From: an uncultured Gemmatimonadales bacterium
GTDB taxonomy: Bacteria; Gemmatimonadota; Gemmatimonadetes; Gemmatimonadales; Gemmatimonadaceae
Direction: 5' to 3'
DNA length: 64,000 nucleotides
Assembly: GCA_963851265.1 (NCBI GenBank)
Contig: CAWKNZ010000002.1
Coordinates: 64,001 to 128,000, forward strand
Part shown: piece after piece, positions 10,504 to 20,040 of the stretch
Position numbering within the stretch: the stretch's first letter is position 1
Layout: each line of letters opens with the position of its first letter
The notes under the pieces: model-generated
The model's input: the letters and a program-made list of their open reading frames with translations, nothing else
The model's database searches: none
What the model was told of the DNA's origin: nothing
Translations under genes and position numbers: made by a program

Positions 10504-11320
10504 GGACAGGTCCCTGCGGAACGCGCGTCGCGATGTAGTCGCCGATCGCGCCGGGAATGTGGCGCGCCATGAGCGTATCGCTCTCCCAGTGCCCGCCGCG
10601 TGCGAGCGTCGCGTCCGCGACGTGGCGCACCTCGCACCGCCCGCCGCGCGCACCGAGTGCCGCACCGAGCGCCGCGTACTCCGGGCCTTCGTCCGCGCCA
10701 ATCACGAGCACCCGACCGGGCGCACCGCACCCCTCGGCCATCAGGTCCACGGCGGCGATCTCCGCGCGCATCGCCGGCGTCATCAAAAAGCCGAGTAGTT
10801 CGTCCGCCGCGCGGCGATCGTCTTCGGGGTACCTGCGCTCGCCCAGCCCGGACGCCTGCTCCGCGTCGAGCCCTGCGAGGTACTCCACGCCCCGCGCGAC
10901 CGGGTCCCACAGCACGAGGTCCGAAACGGCGAGACCGGCCGCACACGCGCGTGCCGCGACCACGGCGCCGAGCCGTAGCCCGACGAGCGCCGGCCGCCGC
11001 ACCCCGGCCACGTCTTGCAACTCGCGCGCGGCCATGCGCGTGTCCTCCACCCACCGCGCGAGGCTCCCTTCGTCCGACTCGCCCGCCGAGTCACCCGTTC
11101 CCGCATAGTCGAAACGCAGTACGTGCACCCCGGCGGCCGCGAGTGCGGCCGCCAGGCGCCGGTACGCCCAGTGCGCCTGGCGGTATTCCTGCGGCCCCGG
11201 ATAGCAGAGCACCACGCCGCTCCGGCGCGGTGCTGTGACGCGGGCCGCGATCGCGACCGACGCCGGATGGTACACGCCGAACAGCTGGCGGCCGGTGTCG
11301 CCAAAGAATCGGGGAATCAT
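10496..11320 (-). CDS. Alpha/beta-hydrolase-fold protein, exosortase-system hydrolase-2-like (no nucleophile)
   Basis: LFGVYHP, RRLAAALA, RFDYAGTGDSAG, elbow GLRLG, LVLWDPV. Confidence 0.75.
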   Translation of the reverse strand: MIPRFFGDTGRQLFGVYHPASVAIAARVTAPRRSGVVLCYPGPQEYRQAHWAYRRLAAALAAAGVHVLRFDYAGTGDSAGESDEGSLARWVEDTRMAARELQDVAGVRRPALVGLRLGAVVAARACAAGLAVSDLVLWDPVARGVEYLAGLDAEQASGLGERRYPEDDRRAADELLGFLMTPAMRAEIAAVDLMAEGCGAPGRVLVIGADEGPEYAALGAALGARGGRCEVRHVADATLARGGHWESDTLMARHIPGAIGDYIATRVPQGPVHV

Positions 11321-11357
11321 CTGAAGCTCGGGACGTACCTGGACTGTCGCCCGGCTG

Positions 11358-14300
11358 CTACGGCCCGCCGACCTGCACGTACCGTCCGGGCTCGTTCGGG
11401 TGGGCGACGAACCATGCCGGCGAGCCGTCACGCGCGCGGCCGAGTCGCGCGCCGGGCACGGGCGGCGCGCCGACCGCCGCCGGCGCGGACTCCGCGGGCC
11501 GCGGCGGCAGGAATCCGCCCTCCTGCATCTCGGCCACGGCGCTCGTGAACGCGTCGACCACGAGGCGCAGGTCCTCGGTGCTGTGACTCGCGGTCATGAA
11601 GCAGGGGAACCCGTCGTACACGTGCACGCCGCGGTCGCGCAGCATGTAGAACAGCAGGTCGCCGTGCGGCTGCTCGGCCGTGTAGAACGTCTTCCACACC
11701 GACGCGAAGTGCCGGATCTCGAGCGGCGCGCCCGAGGCGCGGAACATCGCGTTGAGCTCGTCGGCGAGGTCGCGCGTGCGGTCGGCGAGCATGCGCTGCA
11801 ACGCCGGGCCGCGCGCCTTCAGCTCCAGGAGCACGGCCCGCGCGGCCGCGAGCGCGAGCGGGTGGCGCACGAACGTCCCAGCGAAGTACGTCACGCCCAC
11901 CTCGGGCACCGACGCGTCGCCGAACCGCCACGCGCCGCCGTCGAGCGCGTCCATGAACTCGCGCTTGCCCGCGATCACCCCGATCGGCAGCCCCCCGCCG
12001 ACGATTTTGCCGTAGGTCGCGAGGTCGCCGCGGATGCCGAAGTGCTCCTGCGCGCCGCCCGGCGCCGCGCGGAAGCCGGTCACGATTTCGTCCCACACGT
12101 AGACGATCCCCTGCTCCTGCGTGAGCGCGCGCAGTTCGCGCAGGAACTCCGCCGGCTGGAAGTCCGGGCGCCGGCTCTGCACCGGCTCGACGACGACCGC
12201 GGCCAGCTCGTGCGCCCGCTCGCGCAGCACGGCCATCGATTCGGGCGTGCCGTAGTCGAGCACGAGCACGTTGTCCGTCGCCGAGCGCAGGATGCCCGGC
12301 GCGGCCGGCACCGCGCGGTGCGTGCGCGTCCCGCGCACGATCACCTCGTCGTTGATGCCGTGGTACGACCCGCCGAAGATCGCGACCAGGTCGCGCCCGG
12401 TCACCGTGCGCGCGATGCGGATCGCGCCCAACACCGCCTCCGATCCGGTGTTGCAGAACGCCACCCGCTCGGCCCCGGTCACCTCGGCGAAAAGCTCCGC
12501 CACCTCGGCCGCGAGCGGGTGCTGCGGCCCGACCTCGAACCCGAGGTCCAGCTGCCGCTTGACCGCCTCGACCACGAACGGCGCCGACCAGCCGAACAGG
12601 TTGGAGCCGAACCCCGACAGCACGTCCACGTACTCGTTCCCGTCCACGTCCCACATCCGCGACCCCGCCGAGCGCCCGACGACGAGCGGGTAGACGAGCT
12701 CCTTCGTCGCGGGGCGGAAGCCGGTCACGGCGCGGGGGTCGGCCATCCGCGCGCGGTGGGCGTCGGCAAACTGCTTCGACCCGGCCGTGCGCGCCGTGTA
12801 GCGGCGCATGAACGCGTCGAACCGCGACCGCTGGCGCGCGTCGAGGTCCGCGCTCCCCTTCGGCGTGATGCGCGGGGCCGCGCCGAACGCCTTCTTCGCG
12901 TCGTAGAACTCGCGCTGCGGACCGGTGGTGACTAACGGTGCGTCGTCCGCCGCCGGCGTATCCGCCGCCACGGCCGACGCCGGAGCGACCACGTTCGGAG
13001 GAACAACGGTCGGGGCAGCCACGGTCGGGGCAGCTACCGCCGGGGGCGGCGCAACCGGCGCCGGCGCCGCGAGCGCGACGCCTTCGGCCGCGCGGGCAGA
13101 TCCCGAGAGCAGGGCGAGCTGCTGGGTCATCACCCGCAACTGCTGCTCGATCAGCTGCTGCACGGCGTGGCCGCCACCCATCTCGACCAGCATCGGAGCG
13201 GCGACGGTACCAGCCACGGTACCGCCCGCGGAACCGACCACCGTCGGCGGGACCGCGACGGCCGCGGCGCTGGGCACGACCGCCGCCAACTCCGGCGCCG
13301 CCGCCTCCACGTAGTCGGCCTGTTCGGGCGGCATTGCCGCGTCGAGGTGCGCCGCGAGGCGATCGACGGTCGTGTACTCCTCGATCATCTGACGGAACGT
13401 CACCCGCACGCCGAAGCGCTTCGCCACGGCGAGGGAGACCTGCGTGAGTACGAGCGAGTCGATCCCGAGCTCGACGAAGCTCTCGGCCGCGTCGCCCGCG
13501 CCGATCTCGACGCCCGACACGGTTTCGAAAAGCTCGCACACCTGGGAGACGAGGCGGGGAAGACGGGCGGTGTTCGACACGGCAGGGGGAAGCGCGACGC
13601 GCGCAGACGCGTCGAGAGGAGGGGTGACGGACGGAGCAGGCGGTGCAGCGGCCGCGGCACTCGCCCGGGAGGACGAACCCGCAGGGAGCGGTTCCGGGGG
13701 CAGCGGATCCACCCAGTAGCGTTGACGCTCGAAGGGGTAGCACGGCACCGGCACGCGCCGGCGCGCCTCGCCGCGCACCACGCCGTCCCAGTCGGGACGC
13801 ACGCCGCACGTCCACAGCCGACCGAGCGCGGACAGCACGGCCTCGCCCTCCACTGCCGGATCGCCAGCGTCGCCGAGCGAGGCGACGCACGCCTGTGTGG
13901 CGCGGTCGGTGACTTGCTGCCGCGCGAGCGTCGACAGCGTCGCGCGCGGCCCGACTTCAAGCAGCAGCGCCCCGGGCTCCGACCACACCGTCCGCACCGC
14001 GTCGGCAAAGCGCACCGTCTCGCGTAGGTGGCGCGCCCAGTACCGCGGGTCGCACGCCTGCTCCGGCGTGAGCCACGTTCCGGTCACCGACGAGACGATC
14101 GGCGTCGTCGGAGCCGCGAGCGCGACACCACGGACGATGTCGAGGAACGGCGCGACCGCCGGTTCCATCATCGGCGAGTGGAACGCGTGCGACGTATGCA
14201 AGGGGCGGCACGCCACGCCCTCCGCGTCGAGCTCCGCCTGCAGTCGCGCGACGGCCTCGGTCGGCCCGGCCACGACGCACAGCGCGGGGCCGTTCTCCGA

Positions 14301-17300
14301 CGCGATGGCCAGCTCCGCCCCGAGCCGCGGTGCGACGGCCGCCGCGCCCAGGCGCACCGACAGCATGCTTCCCGTCGGGAGCTGTTGCATCATGCGGCCG
14401 CGCTCTGCCACGAGCCGCATGCCATCTTCCGGAGAGAACACGCCGGCGATCGCGGCCGCGACGAACTCGCCCACGGAGTGCCCCACCATCGCCCAGGGCC
14501 GAACGCCCCACGACTGCCACAACTCGGCGAGTGCGTACCCGGTCGCGAAGAGAGCGGGTTGTGTGACGGACGTCTGCCGCAGAACGGCCGCGGTGTCGGG
14601 CCCGTCCGCGAACAGCAGCTCGCGCAGGTCGCGGCCGAGGACCGCCCGCGCGCCCTCTGCGCAGCGGTCGAACGCCGCGCGGTAGACCGGCTCGCCGGCG
14701 TACAGCGCCGCACCCATCCGCGGGTACTGCGCGCCCTGGCCGGGAAACGCGAATACGACGCTCGGCGCCCCCCCGCCCGAGCGGCGCGTGTGCACGCGCC
14801 GCTCGTCGCGCGCGGCGAACGCGTCCGCCGCGTCGGCAGGTGACGACGCGACCACGGCGCGCCGGTGCGCGAACGCGCGCCGCCCCACGCGCAGCGTGTG
14901 CGCCACGTCCGCGAGGCACGCGTCGGGGCGCGCGCGCAGATGCGCCACGAGATCGTCCGTCGCACGCTCCAGCGCCGCCTCCGAACGAGCGGAGAGCACG
15001 AGCAGCTGCGCGCCCCGCGAAGGACCGTCGCTCGGGGGCAGCGGCGCCTCCCCGAGCACGATGTGCGCATTCGTGCCGCCCACCCCGAACGAGCTCACGC
15101 CAGCCATCCGGGGCCGCGCGCCGCGCGCCCACGCACGCGGTTCGGCCTGCACCCGGAACGGACTCCGCTCGAGCGCGAGGTGCGGGTTGGGCGCGGTGTA
15201 GTGCACCGTGCCCGGCAGGCACTCGTGCGCGAGGGCGAGCGCGGTCTTGATCACGCCGGCGGCGCCCGCCGCGACGACCGTGTGCCCCACGTTGCCCTTC
15301 ACCGAGCCGAGCGCGCACGGGCCGGCATCGGCCGGCCGCCCACCGAACACCTGCGAGAGCGCCGCGAACTCGACCGGATCGCCTAACGGCGTCGCCGTGC
15401 CGTGCGCCTCCACGTACGAGATCTCGTGCGGCGAGACGCCCGCGTCCGCGTGCGCCATCGCGACCGCGGCCGCCTGCCCGTCGACGCTCGGCGCCGTGAA
15501 GCTGGCCTTCGCCGCGCCGTCGTTGTTCAGCCCCACGCCGCGGACCACGGCGTGGATCGTGTCGCCGTCGCGCACCGCGTCGCTCAGGCGCTTGAGCGCC
15601 AGCACGGCGGCGCCGTCGCTGAACACCGTGCCCGACGCCGCCGCGTCGAAGGGACGCGTCCGACCGTCCGGCGACAGCATCCCGCCCTCCTGATACAGGT
15701 GGCCGCTGTTGGTCGGCACCGTGAGGGACACGCCGCCCGCGAGGGCGAGGTCGCACTGCCCCGCGCGCAGGCTCATCACGGCCTGGCAGATCGTCACCAG
15801 CGACGTCGAGCACGCGGTGTGGATGCTCAGCGCCGGTCCCGTGAGGCCCAGCCGGTGCGCGGTGCGCGTCGCGACGTAATCCTTCTCGTTGAGCAGCATC
15901 GCGTTGAACGCGCCGAACTGCTCCACCACGTCGGGCCGTCGCGCGAGCACCGTGCTCGCGTACGAGTTGTTGTACACGCCGGCGAACACGCCCACCGGCC
16001 CGTCATGTCGTTCGGGGACGTAGCCGGCGTGCTCGAGCGCGTGCCACGCGAGTTCGAGAAACAGGCGCTGCTGCGGGTCCATGATCTGCGCCTCGCGCGG
16101 CGACAGTCCGAAGAACCCCGCGTCGAACTGGTCGACGTCGCGCAGGGTGCCGCGTGCGGCCACGTACTGCGGATCGGCGCGGAGCCGCGGGTCCACCGCG
16201 GCGTCGAGCTCCGCATCGCTGAAGCGCGAGATCGATTCGACGCCGTCGCGCAGGTTGCGCCAGAACGCGTCCACGTCCGCCGCACCCGGAAACCGAGCCG
16301 CCATCCCGATGATGGCGACGGGCTCGGGCGCGCCGTCCGCCCGGCCGTTCGTGCGGTCGATCCCGCGCGGCGCCACGACCTGCACCGGTGCGTCGCCCGC
16401 GATATGCCCGGCCATCGCGCGCGGCGTGCGATGTTGGAAGAAGTGCGCGATGGGAATGTCGAGGCCCAGCCGCGTCTGCAGCCGCGCGCGCGCGCGCACG
16501 ACGAGCAGCGAGCTCGCCCCGAGGTCGAACACGTTGTCGTCCGGCCCGACGCGAGGAACGCCCAACAGTTCGGCCCACACCTGCGAGATAGCGCCCGCCG
16601 CGTCCTGCTCGGCCGGGGCCACGTGCGCCGGCGTGCCGCCGACATCGGGCGCGGGCAGGGCGCGCACGTCCACCTTACCGTTAGGCGTGAGCGGGAGCAC
16701 GCTCAGCCAGACGAAGGCGCTCGGCACGAGGTACTCCGGCAGCGTCGCCCGGAGCGCCTCGCGGATGGCGCCGTCGGCCGGCCGGGCGGTCGCCTCGGCG
16801 ACCACGTAGGCGACGAGCCGCTTGGGAAGACCCTCCGCGACCGCCCGCGCCACGACCGCCGCGTCGCGCACCCCGGGCACGCGGCGGAGCGAAGTAGCGA
16901 CCTCTTTCGGTTCGATACGGTACCCGCTGATCTTCACCTGGTCGTCCGCCCGACCGACGAACTCCAGCGCGCCGTTCGGCAACGTGCGCACGAGGTCGCC
17001 CGTCCGGTACAGGCGGGCGCCGGCATCGTCCGACCACGCGTCGTGCACGAAGCACTCCGCCGTCAGGTCCGGCCGCCCGAGGTAGCCGAGCGCGACTCCG
17101 GCACCGCCGATGAACAGCTCGCCGGTTTCGCCTGCGGGAACGGAACGCCGCTCGGCGTCCAGCACCCGCAGCGTCGTCTGCCGGATGGCGTACCCGATCG
17201 GCACCGACGTCCACGACTCCGGCACCGGCGACGGAATCGCGTAACAGGCGGCAAACGTCGTCGTCTCGGTCGGCCCGTACCCGTTGATGAGCTGGGTCCC

Positions 17301-18194
17301 GTCGAGCACCTCCTGCGCGCGCCGCACGTGACGCACCGAAAGCGCCTCACCGCCCGTCAGCAGCTGACGAAGGCCGCGGAGCGCGGCGGGCGCCTCGTCG
17401 ACCACCGCGTTGAACAGCCCGGCCGTGAGCCACATCGTCGTCACGCCGTCCTCCGCGATCGCGCACGCGAGCCCTTCCGGGGTCGGCACGCGGTCGCGGT
17501 AGAGCGCGCACGTGCCGCCCGTGAGCAGCGGCCCGAAGATCTCGAACGTGGACGCATCGAACCCGAGCGGCGCGGCGTGTAGCACCGTGTGCGCCGGCCC
17601 GAGTTCGACGTAGTCGACGTCGCACACGAGGCGAACGATCGCCCGGTGCGGTACTTCGACGCCCTTGGGCTCACCCGTCGATCCCGAGGTGAACATCACG
17701 TACGCACGATCGTCCGGCCCCACCGCGGCCGCGGGCCGTTCGGCCGACCTCTCCTCAGGTGCCGCGTACGTCTCCGGCCCGTCGAGTCGTAGAACGGTCC
17801 ACGCCCCCGCCGGAACGCGCTCGGCGTGCGCAGCGTCGGTGATGACGACCGGCGACGCGGTCGCGCGCAGCAGGTGCGCGAGGCGCTCCGCGGGATACGA
17901 CTCCTCGAGCGGAACGTACGCCGCGCCGGCCTTCAGGATCGCGAGCAGCGCGGCCACCATCGCCGGCGTGCGGTCGAGGCACACGCCCACGGCCGCGCCG
18001 CGCCCGACGCCGCGGGCCTGCAGTGCGGCGGCGAGCTGGTTCGCGCGCGCGTCGATCTCGGCGTAGCTCGTGCTGGCACCCGCGTGGCGAACCGCGGCCG
18101 CGTGCGGCGTGCGGGCGACCTGCGCTTCGAACGCGGCGTGCACCGTCGCCGGGCGCGCCATCCCGGCCGGCGTCGTCGTGCGCCGCTCGCTCAC
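11358..18194 (-). CDS. Hybrid NRPS-PKS: A-T-KS-AT-ACP-aminotransferase III
   Basis: A: FTSGSTGEPKG, NGYGPTE, YRTGD, PNGK; T: FDLGASSL; KS: TACSTS, EAHGTAT, NVGH; AT: GHSVG, HAFH (malonyl type); ACP: LGIDSL; AMT: FCNTGSEA, WDEIVTGFR, TYGKIVGGG; no TE; GTG at 18194 overlaps the PPTase stop. Confidence 0.92.
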   Translation of the reverse strand: MSERRTTTPAGMARPATVHAAFEAQVARTPHAAAVRHAGASTSYAEIDARANQLAAALQARGVGRGAAVGVCLDRTPAMVAALLAILKAGAAYVPLEESYPAERLAHLLRATASPVVITDAAHAERVPAGAWTVLRLDGPETYAAPEERSAERPAAAVGPDDRAYVMFTSGSTGEPKGVEVPHRAIVRLVCDVDYVELGPAHTVLHAAPLGFDASTFEIFGPLLTGGTCALYRDRVPTPEGLACAIAEDGVTTMWLTAGLFNAVVDEAPAALRGLRQLLTGGEALSVRHVRRAQEVLDGTQLINGYGPTETTTFAACYAIPSPVPESWTSVPIGYAIRQTTLRVLDAERRSVPAGETGELFIGGAGVALGYLGRPDLTAECFVHDAWSDDAGARLYRTGDLVRTLPNGALEFVGRADDQVKISGYRIEPKEVATSLRRVPGVRDAAVVARAVAEGLPKRLVAYVVAEATARPADGAIREALRATLPEYLVPSAFVWLSVLPLTPNGKVDVRALPAPDVGGTPAHVAPAEQDAAGAISQVWAELLGVPRVGPDDNVFDLGASSLLVVRARARLQTRLGLDIPIAHFFQHRTPRAMAGHIAGDAPVQVVAPRGIDRTNGRADGAPEPVAIIGMAARFPGAADVDAFWRNLRDGVESISRFSDAELDAAVDPRLRADPQYVAARGTLRDVDQFDAGFFGLSPREAQIMDPQQRLFLELAWHALEHAGYVPERHDGPVGVFAGVYNNSYASTVLARRPDVVEQFGAFNAMLLNEKDYVATRTAHRLGLTGPALSIHTACSTSLVTICQAVMSLRAGQCDLALAGGVSLTVPTNSGHLYQEGGMLSPDGRTRPFDAAASGTVFSDGAAVLALKRLSDAVRDGDTIHAVVRGVGLNNDGAAKASFTAPSVDGQAAAVAMAHADAGVSPHEISYVEAHGTATPLGDPVEFAALSQVFGGRPADAGPCALGSVKGNVGHTVVAAGAAGVIKTALALAHECLPGTVHYTAPNPHLALERSPFRVQAEPRAWARGARPRMAGVSSFGVGGTNAHIVLGEAPLPPSDGPSRGAQLLVLSARSEAALERATDDLVAHLRARPDACLADVAHTLRVGRRAFAHRRAVVASSPADAADAFAARDERRVHTRRSGGGAPSVVFAFPGQGAQYPRMGAALYAGEPVYRAAFDRCAEGARAVLGRDLRELLFADGPDTAAVLRQTSVTQPALFATGYALAELWQSWGVRPWAMVGHSVGEFVAAAIAGVFSPEDGMRLVAERGRMMQQLPTGSMLSVRLGAAAVAPRLGAELAIASENGPALCVVAGPTEAVARLQAELDAEGVACRPLHTSHAFHSPMMEPAVAPFLDIVRGVALAAPTTPIVSSVTGTWLTPEQACDPRYWARHLRETVRFADAVRTVWSEPGALLLEVGPRATLSTLARQQVTDRATQACVASLGDAGDPAVEGEAVLSALGRLWTCGVRPDWDGVVRGEARRRVPVPCYPFERQRYWVDPLPPEPLPAGSSSRASAAAAAPPAPSVTPPLDASARVALPPAVSNTARLPRLVSQVCELFETVSGVEIGAGDAAESFVELGIDSLVLTQVSLAVAKRFGVRVTFRQMIEEYTTVDRLAAHLDAAMPPEQADYVEAAAPELAAVVPSAAAVAVPPTVVGSAGGTVAGTVAAPMLVEMGGGHAVQQLIEQQLRVMTQQLALLSGSARAAEGVALAAPAPVAPPPAVAAPTVAAPTVVPPNVVAPASAVAADTPAADDAPLVTTGPQREFYDAKKAFGAAPRITPKGSADLDARQRSRFDAFMRRYTARTAGSKQFADAHRARMADPRAVTGFRPATKELVYPLVVGRSAGSRMWDVDGNEYVDVLSGFGSNLFGWSAPFVVEAVKRQLDLGFEVGPQHPLAAEVAELFAEVTGAERVAFCNTGSEAVLGAIRIARTVTGRDLVAIFGGSYHGINDEVIVRGTRTHRAVPAAPGILRSATDNVLVLDYGTPESMAVLRERAHELAAVVVEPVQSRRPDFQPAEFLRELRALTQEQGIVYVWDEIVTGFRAAPGGAQEHFGIRGDLATYGKIVGGGLPIGVIAGKREFMDALDGGAWRFGDASVPEVGVTYFAGTFVRHPLALAAARAVLLELKARGPALQRMLADRTRDLADELNAMFRASGAPLEIRHFASVWKTFYTAEQPHGDLLFYMLRDRGVHVYDGFPCFMTASHSTEDLRLVVDAFTSAVAEMQEGGFLPPRPAESAPAAVGAPPVPGARLGRARDGSPAWFVAHPNEPGRYVQVGGP

Positions 18195-19030
18195 GACACG
18201 CGCCCCGTCCTGCTCCACCGGTCGACCGCCGGAAGCGCGAGACACGTGTAGACATGGCCGTCCGCGATCGCGAACGCCACGTCGAACACCGCGCCGGCGC
18301 CGAACGTCGCCGAGGCGTCATCCCCGCCGAGGCCGCGCGTGAGGCGCAGGCGAACGGTGCGCGCCACACGGTCGAGTCGCGTGAGCCGGGCGTCGTCGAC
18401 GTCGAAGAACTCGCCGACCAGCGGGCGCAGGCACTTGTAGAGACTCTCTTTCGCCGAGAACCCGACGGTGACGAACTCCGCCCACGAGATCGCGTCGTCG
18501 CGGGCGACGGCATCGGCTTCGGGCAGCGCACTGCGCATGATCTCGTCCGCGTCGCGTTCTGCGAGCACCTGTTCGCAATCCACCCCCAGCCCGCGCCAGC
18601 GCGCCGCCGAACCGACGATCGCGACCGCGCGCGTGGCCGCGTGGGAGATCGAGCCGACCGCACCTGCCGGCCACGCGGGCGCACCGGCGTCGCCGATCGC
18701 GACCGGTACGTCGCCGTTCCACCCGGCCGCATCTAGCGCCAGCGACGCGCAGTAGCGCCCCGCCAGGTATGCAGCGAGTCGGCGCGGCGCAGCCCGCACC
18801 AGCGCGGGTTCGTAGGCGACGACCGACTCGCGACACCCGTCGCCGACAGCGGCGAAGCACACCGCGTGCGCCGACCACCCCCCGCGCCGAACGATCGCGG
18901 GCGCGACGACGTCGCTGACGTGCAACGCGGCATCGTCGCGTCCCGCCATGCGCACGCGCATGCTGCGCGGGTGCACGCCGCGCGCGTGTACCGCGTCGGC
19001 TACGCCCGGGGGCTCGTACAAGGTTCTCAT
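18191..19030 (-). CDS. 4'-phosphopantetheinyl transferase (EntD-like)
   Basis: YLAGRYCA, GAPAWPAGAVGSISH, GLGVDCE, FSAKESLYK; start uncertain. Confidence 0.88.
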   Translation of the reverse strand: MRTLYEPPGVADAVHARGVHPRSMRVRMAGRDDAALHVSDVVAPAIVRRGGWSAHAVCFAAVGDGCRESVVAYEPALVRAAPRRLAAYLAGRYCASLALDAAGWNGDVPVAIGDAGAPAWPAGAVGSISHAATRAVAIVGSAARWRGLGVDCEQVLAERDADEIMRSALPEADAVARDDAISWAEFVTVGFSAKESLYKCLRPLVGEFFDVDDARLTRLDRVARTVRLRLTRGLGGDDASATFGAGAVFDVAFAIADGHVYTCLALPAVDRWSRTGRVS

Positions 19031-19104
19031 TGCGTGCTCATGCGTAGGTGGTGCAACTCGTCGTTCTGCGAGAGATTGGCGCACTTCGCCCATTTCTCGG
19101 ATCT

Positions 19105-20040
19105 ATGAATCGTCTGTCCGCCCGGGGTGCGTTTCTCGGTAGCGTGCTCGTTGCGGGTCTGCTGCTCGCATGGGGCGGCATCCGGATGGCCCGCGCCGCA
19201 GCGAGCGAACTCGCCGACTTCCACCCGACCCGCCGCGCGATCCCACTGCCCACGGACGCCGACGCACTCGCCCTCCGTCCGGTCACGTTCGCGGTACCCG
19301 GCTCGGGGCCGATCCACGGCTGGTACGCGCCGACGCACAACGGCGCGGCCGTCATCCTGCTCCACGGCAGCGGGAGCGACCGCCGCCAGGTGCTCGGCGT
19401 TGCGCGCGCTCTCGTCCAGGGCGGATACGGCACCCTCCTGTTCGACTGGCCGGGGCACGGCGAGAGCGACGGCGTCGTGCGGTACGGCGCGCCGGAGCGC
19501 CGCGCCCTGCAGGTCGCAGTGCGCTACGTCCAGGACCAATCGGGCGTCGCCGAAGACCGGATCGGCGTCTATGGCTTTTCGATCGGTGCATTCATCGCAG
19601 CGCAGGTCGCGGCGGTCGACCGCCGGGTACGCGCCGTCGTCCTCGCGGCGCCCCCCGCCGACGCGGTGCTCTTTACGCGCCACGAGTACGCCGCCGGGGG
19701 CCCAATGGCACAGTGGGGCGCGCTGCTCGGTCTGCGACTCGGCGGAATGCGATTCGACGAGCCTCAGCCGGCCGCGCTGGTGCACCGCATCGCCCCCCGC
19801 CCGCTTCTCGTCGTCACCGGTACGGCCGACCGCACCGTGACGCCCGCGATGGCGCGCGAACTCTACGCCGCCGCGGGCGAGCCGAAGCGGCTGTGGCTCG
19901 TCGCAGGAGCGGGCCACGGCGGGTACGACGCGGTGGCACCGGACTTCGGGGCGGGCATTCGCACGTTCTTCGACGGGGCGCTCGCGCCGACGGCGGGCGC
20001 GGGCGCAGGCGCGCCGCCGACGCCGATCGCCAGTCGTTAG
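19105..20040 (+). CDS. Membrane-anchored or secreted alpha/beta hydrolase
   Basis: N-terminal TM/signal, LLHG, FDWPGHGESDG, GFSIG nucleophile, GTADRTV, GAGHG. Confidence 0.85.
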   Translation: MNRLSARGAFLGSVLVAGLLLAWGGIRMARAAASELADFHPTRRAIPLPTDADALALRPVTFAVPGSGPIHGWYAPTHNGAAVILLHGSGSDRRQVLGVARALVQGGYGTLLFDWPGHGESDGVVRYGAPERRALQVAVRYVQDQSGVAEDRIGVYGFSIGAFIAAQVAAVDRRVRAVVLAAPPADAVLFTRHEYAAGGPMAQWGALLGLRLGGMRFDEPQPAALVHRIAPRPLLVVTGTADRTVTPAMARELYAAAGEPKRLWLVAGAGHGGYDAVAPDFGAGIRTFFDGALAPTAGAGAGAPPTPIASR

